From Nemertoderma westbladi (Eukaryota > Animalia > Xenacoelomorpha): 64,000 bases of DNA. Position numbers and translations under genes: made by a program. Where the stretch lies: contig JAUCBJ010009049.1 of assembly GCA_032718475.1 (NCBI GenBank), forward strand, positions 1 through 64,000, given 5' to 3'. This document shows positions 62,600-64,000 of this stretch, in pieces. The notes beneath the pieces are model-generated. The model searched no databases. It was not told where the DNA came from and worked only from the letters and a program-made list of their open reading frames with translations. Numbering within the stretch: position 1 is the stretch's first letter; the number at the start of each line of letters is the position of its first letter.

Positions 62600-63008
62600 A
62601 CCCGAGAACGCGAGCTGGAGAGAACCATTAAACCGAGAAAGTTTCTCACCACTCACGGTCCTCCCACCACTAGTGTCCAGACAGGCCGCGTCAGGTCCCG
62701 TCAGGGACCCGTGGGAGCTGCTGTCCTGAGACGCGCTCTAAAGGCTGTTAGACCTCGCTGAGGTTGATTTCAATCAACCAGGTACTTCGACGGGTGGGTA
62801 TACCGATCGTAACCCTACACCTTCTGATGCAATTATATTGCACCCTTCGCCTAGGAGCTACAGCCCTCCTAGTAAAGTGGCTCGCCCCAAAGAGAAAAGG
62901 ACTCTTGCTAGCCTAAAGAAACTGCATAAACGCCGTCCGCGTAAGAAAGACTAACTGTTTAGAGTATCTTTATGTTTTAGAAACTGTGATTTTTATATTT
63001 TATAGACT

Positions 63009-63032
63009 GAAAATCCCATTTTCTGGGAGCGG
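63009..63032 (+). promoter_or_regulatory. Hairpin plus PPT (GGGAGCGG) preceding the A2 3' LTR
   Basis: GAAAAT-ccc-ATTTTC-T-GGGAGCGG lies immediately before the LTR repeat start. Confidence 0.8.
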
Positions 63033-64000
63033 TATTAAAGCTTTTGCGGAATTGCCCGGTTATTTTCCTTATTTTTTCCGTAAAATACTCTGTAGTTGGT
63101 TTAGTAGGCGTAAGAGGCCTATTATTGCTGTATCGGTGTTTTTTAGAGGACCTAAGAGCTATTTCTTCCGTATGTGTACTTTGGAAGACATGGTTGGTGA
63201 TTCTATGGCAATTCTGTGACGCAAAATGGCTAGATACTCTTGAACAGTAGTTACTATGACGACGGTTAACAGCTGATATGCATACGTGTCGATTTTCTTT
63301 GTTCTACGGTGCCTCTTGGTTTAGTCAACCAATCAGAGCGTTTTTACTGCTCTTGTAGAGAAATTTCCTAGAAATCACGCAATGCATTATGGGCAATGTT
63401 TACATTCTGTCCTAAGCCAGGAAAGAACGGCTTTTGGAATATTTGTGCTTTTCTGCTTTTAGCCTAACACTAGTAGGCTTAATTATAAGGACATATATCC
63501 GTTATCGACTGGCAATACACACTGGTATCACTGGACTCAACCTGCATATATCTTATCGTACATACTTTTATATTGATATACTGCTATTTACTGTCGGTTC
63601 TTCATTATATGGTTGATGAAATATTATATTGGAATAACGAGAAATAATCCCGAAACCCCAATATTCTTGATATACCGAAGGTAAGAGAGACCGGTTACAT
63701 ATAACGATTGCGATTTATGTTAAAGTGGTTTGAAGTGAATCTAATGTTATTCGATAGACCCTACATGAGTCGGTCTGTGTTCCTTTTATATGTGACTAAA
63801 ATCAGTGAAGATCGGCAGATTAGTGTGCAGTATTGTGCAGCATTGTGTATGAGTGAGACTGATAACGAAGCATTTCCTAAAGAATGCGCCATATATGTGA
63901 ATTATAACTAAGCCATATCGTTGCGTGTAGTTTAAGTCATAACTCTGTTTATATAGATAAAGCGCCACGTCCTAAAGGAACTGTTAATATTCCCCGAAGG
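63033..64000 (+). repeat. A2 3' LTR (runs off the window)
   Basis: Direct repeat of 45411-46380. Confidence 0.95.

Larger units (their letters stand above)
45411..64000 (+). mobile_element. BEL/Pao family A copy 2, near full length (>18.5 kb)
   Basis: Direct repeat of 45411-46380 at 63033-64000; gag-pol 48872-57054; ORF3 58712-62599; PPT at 63025. Confidence 0.97.

Overview
AT-rich eukaryotic (probably invertebrate) repeat-dense DNA. I recognise no host gene, and there is a 100-N scaffold gap at 25487-25586. The window is dominated by two divergent families of very large BEL/Pao LTR retrotransposons, each present twice. Family A is on the + strand: A1 at 10910-25486 (degraded, cut by the gap) and A2 at 45411->64000 (LTRs about 99% identical by manual count). 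Family B is on the - strand: B1 fragment at 7411-10909 and B2 at 28871-45410. Each A copy is inserted antisense into a B copy. The main finding is that both families carry a homologous third ORF of more than 1000 aa in the env position, preceded by a splice-acceptor-like signal. It encodes an N-terminal CxxC...CxxH module, a DnaQ/DEDDy (WRN/EXD/RNase D-like) 3'-5' exonuclease domain with an unusual YxxxE ExoIII, and three CCHC-type zinc knuckles. Family B also carries a 20-nt dyad/hairpin (GGAAGGCTTGCGAGCCTACC) 11 times along its length, in different reading frames and in non-coding DNA, and a tRNA-like cassette in its LTR. The rest of the window is Gypsy, RTE and CR1-like LINE fragments, a SINE, a foldback/MITE-like element and two minisatellites. 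All calls come from manual reading without database searches, and boundaries are approximate unless a junction is quoted.
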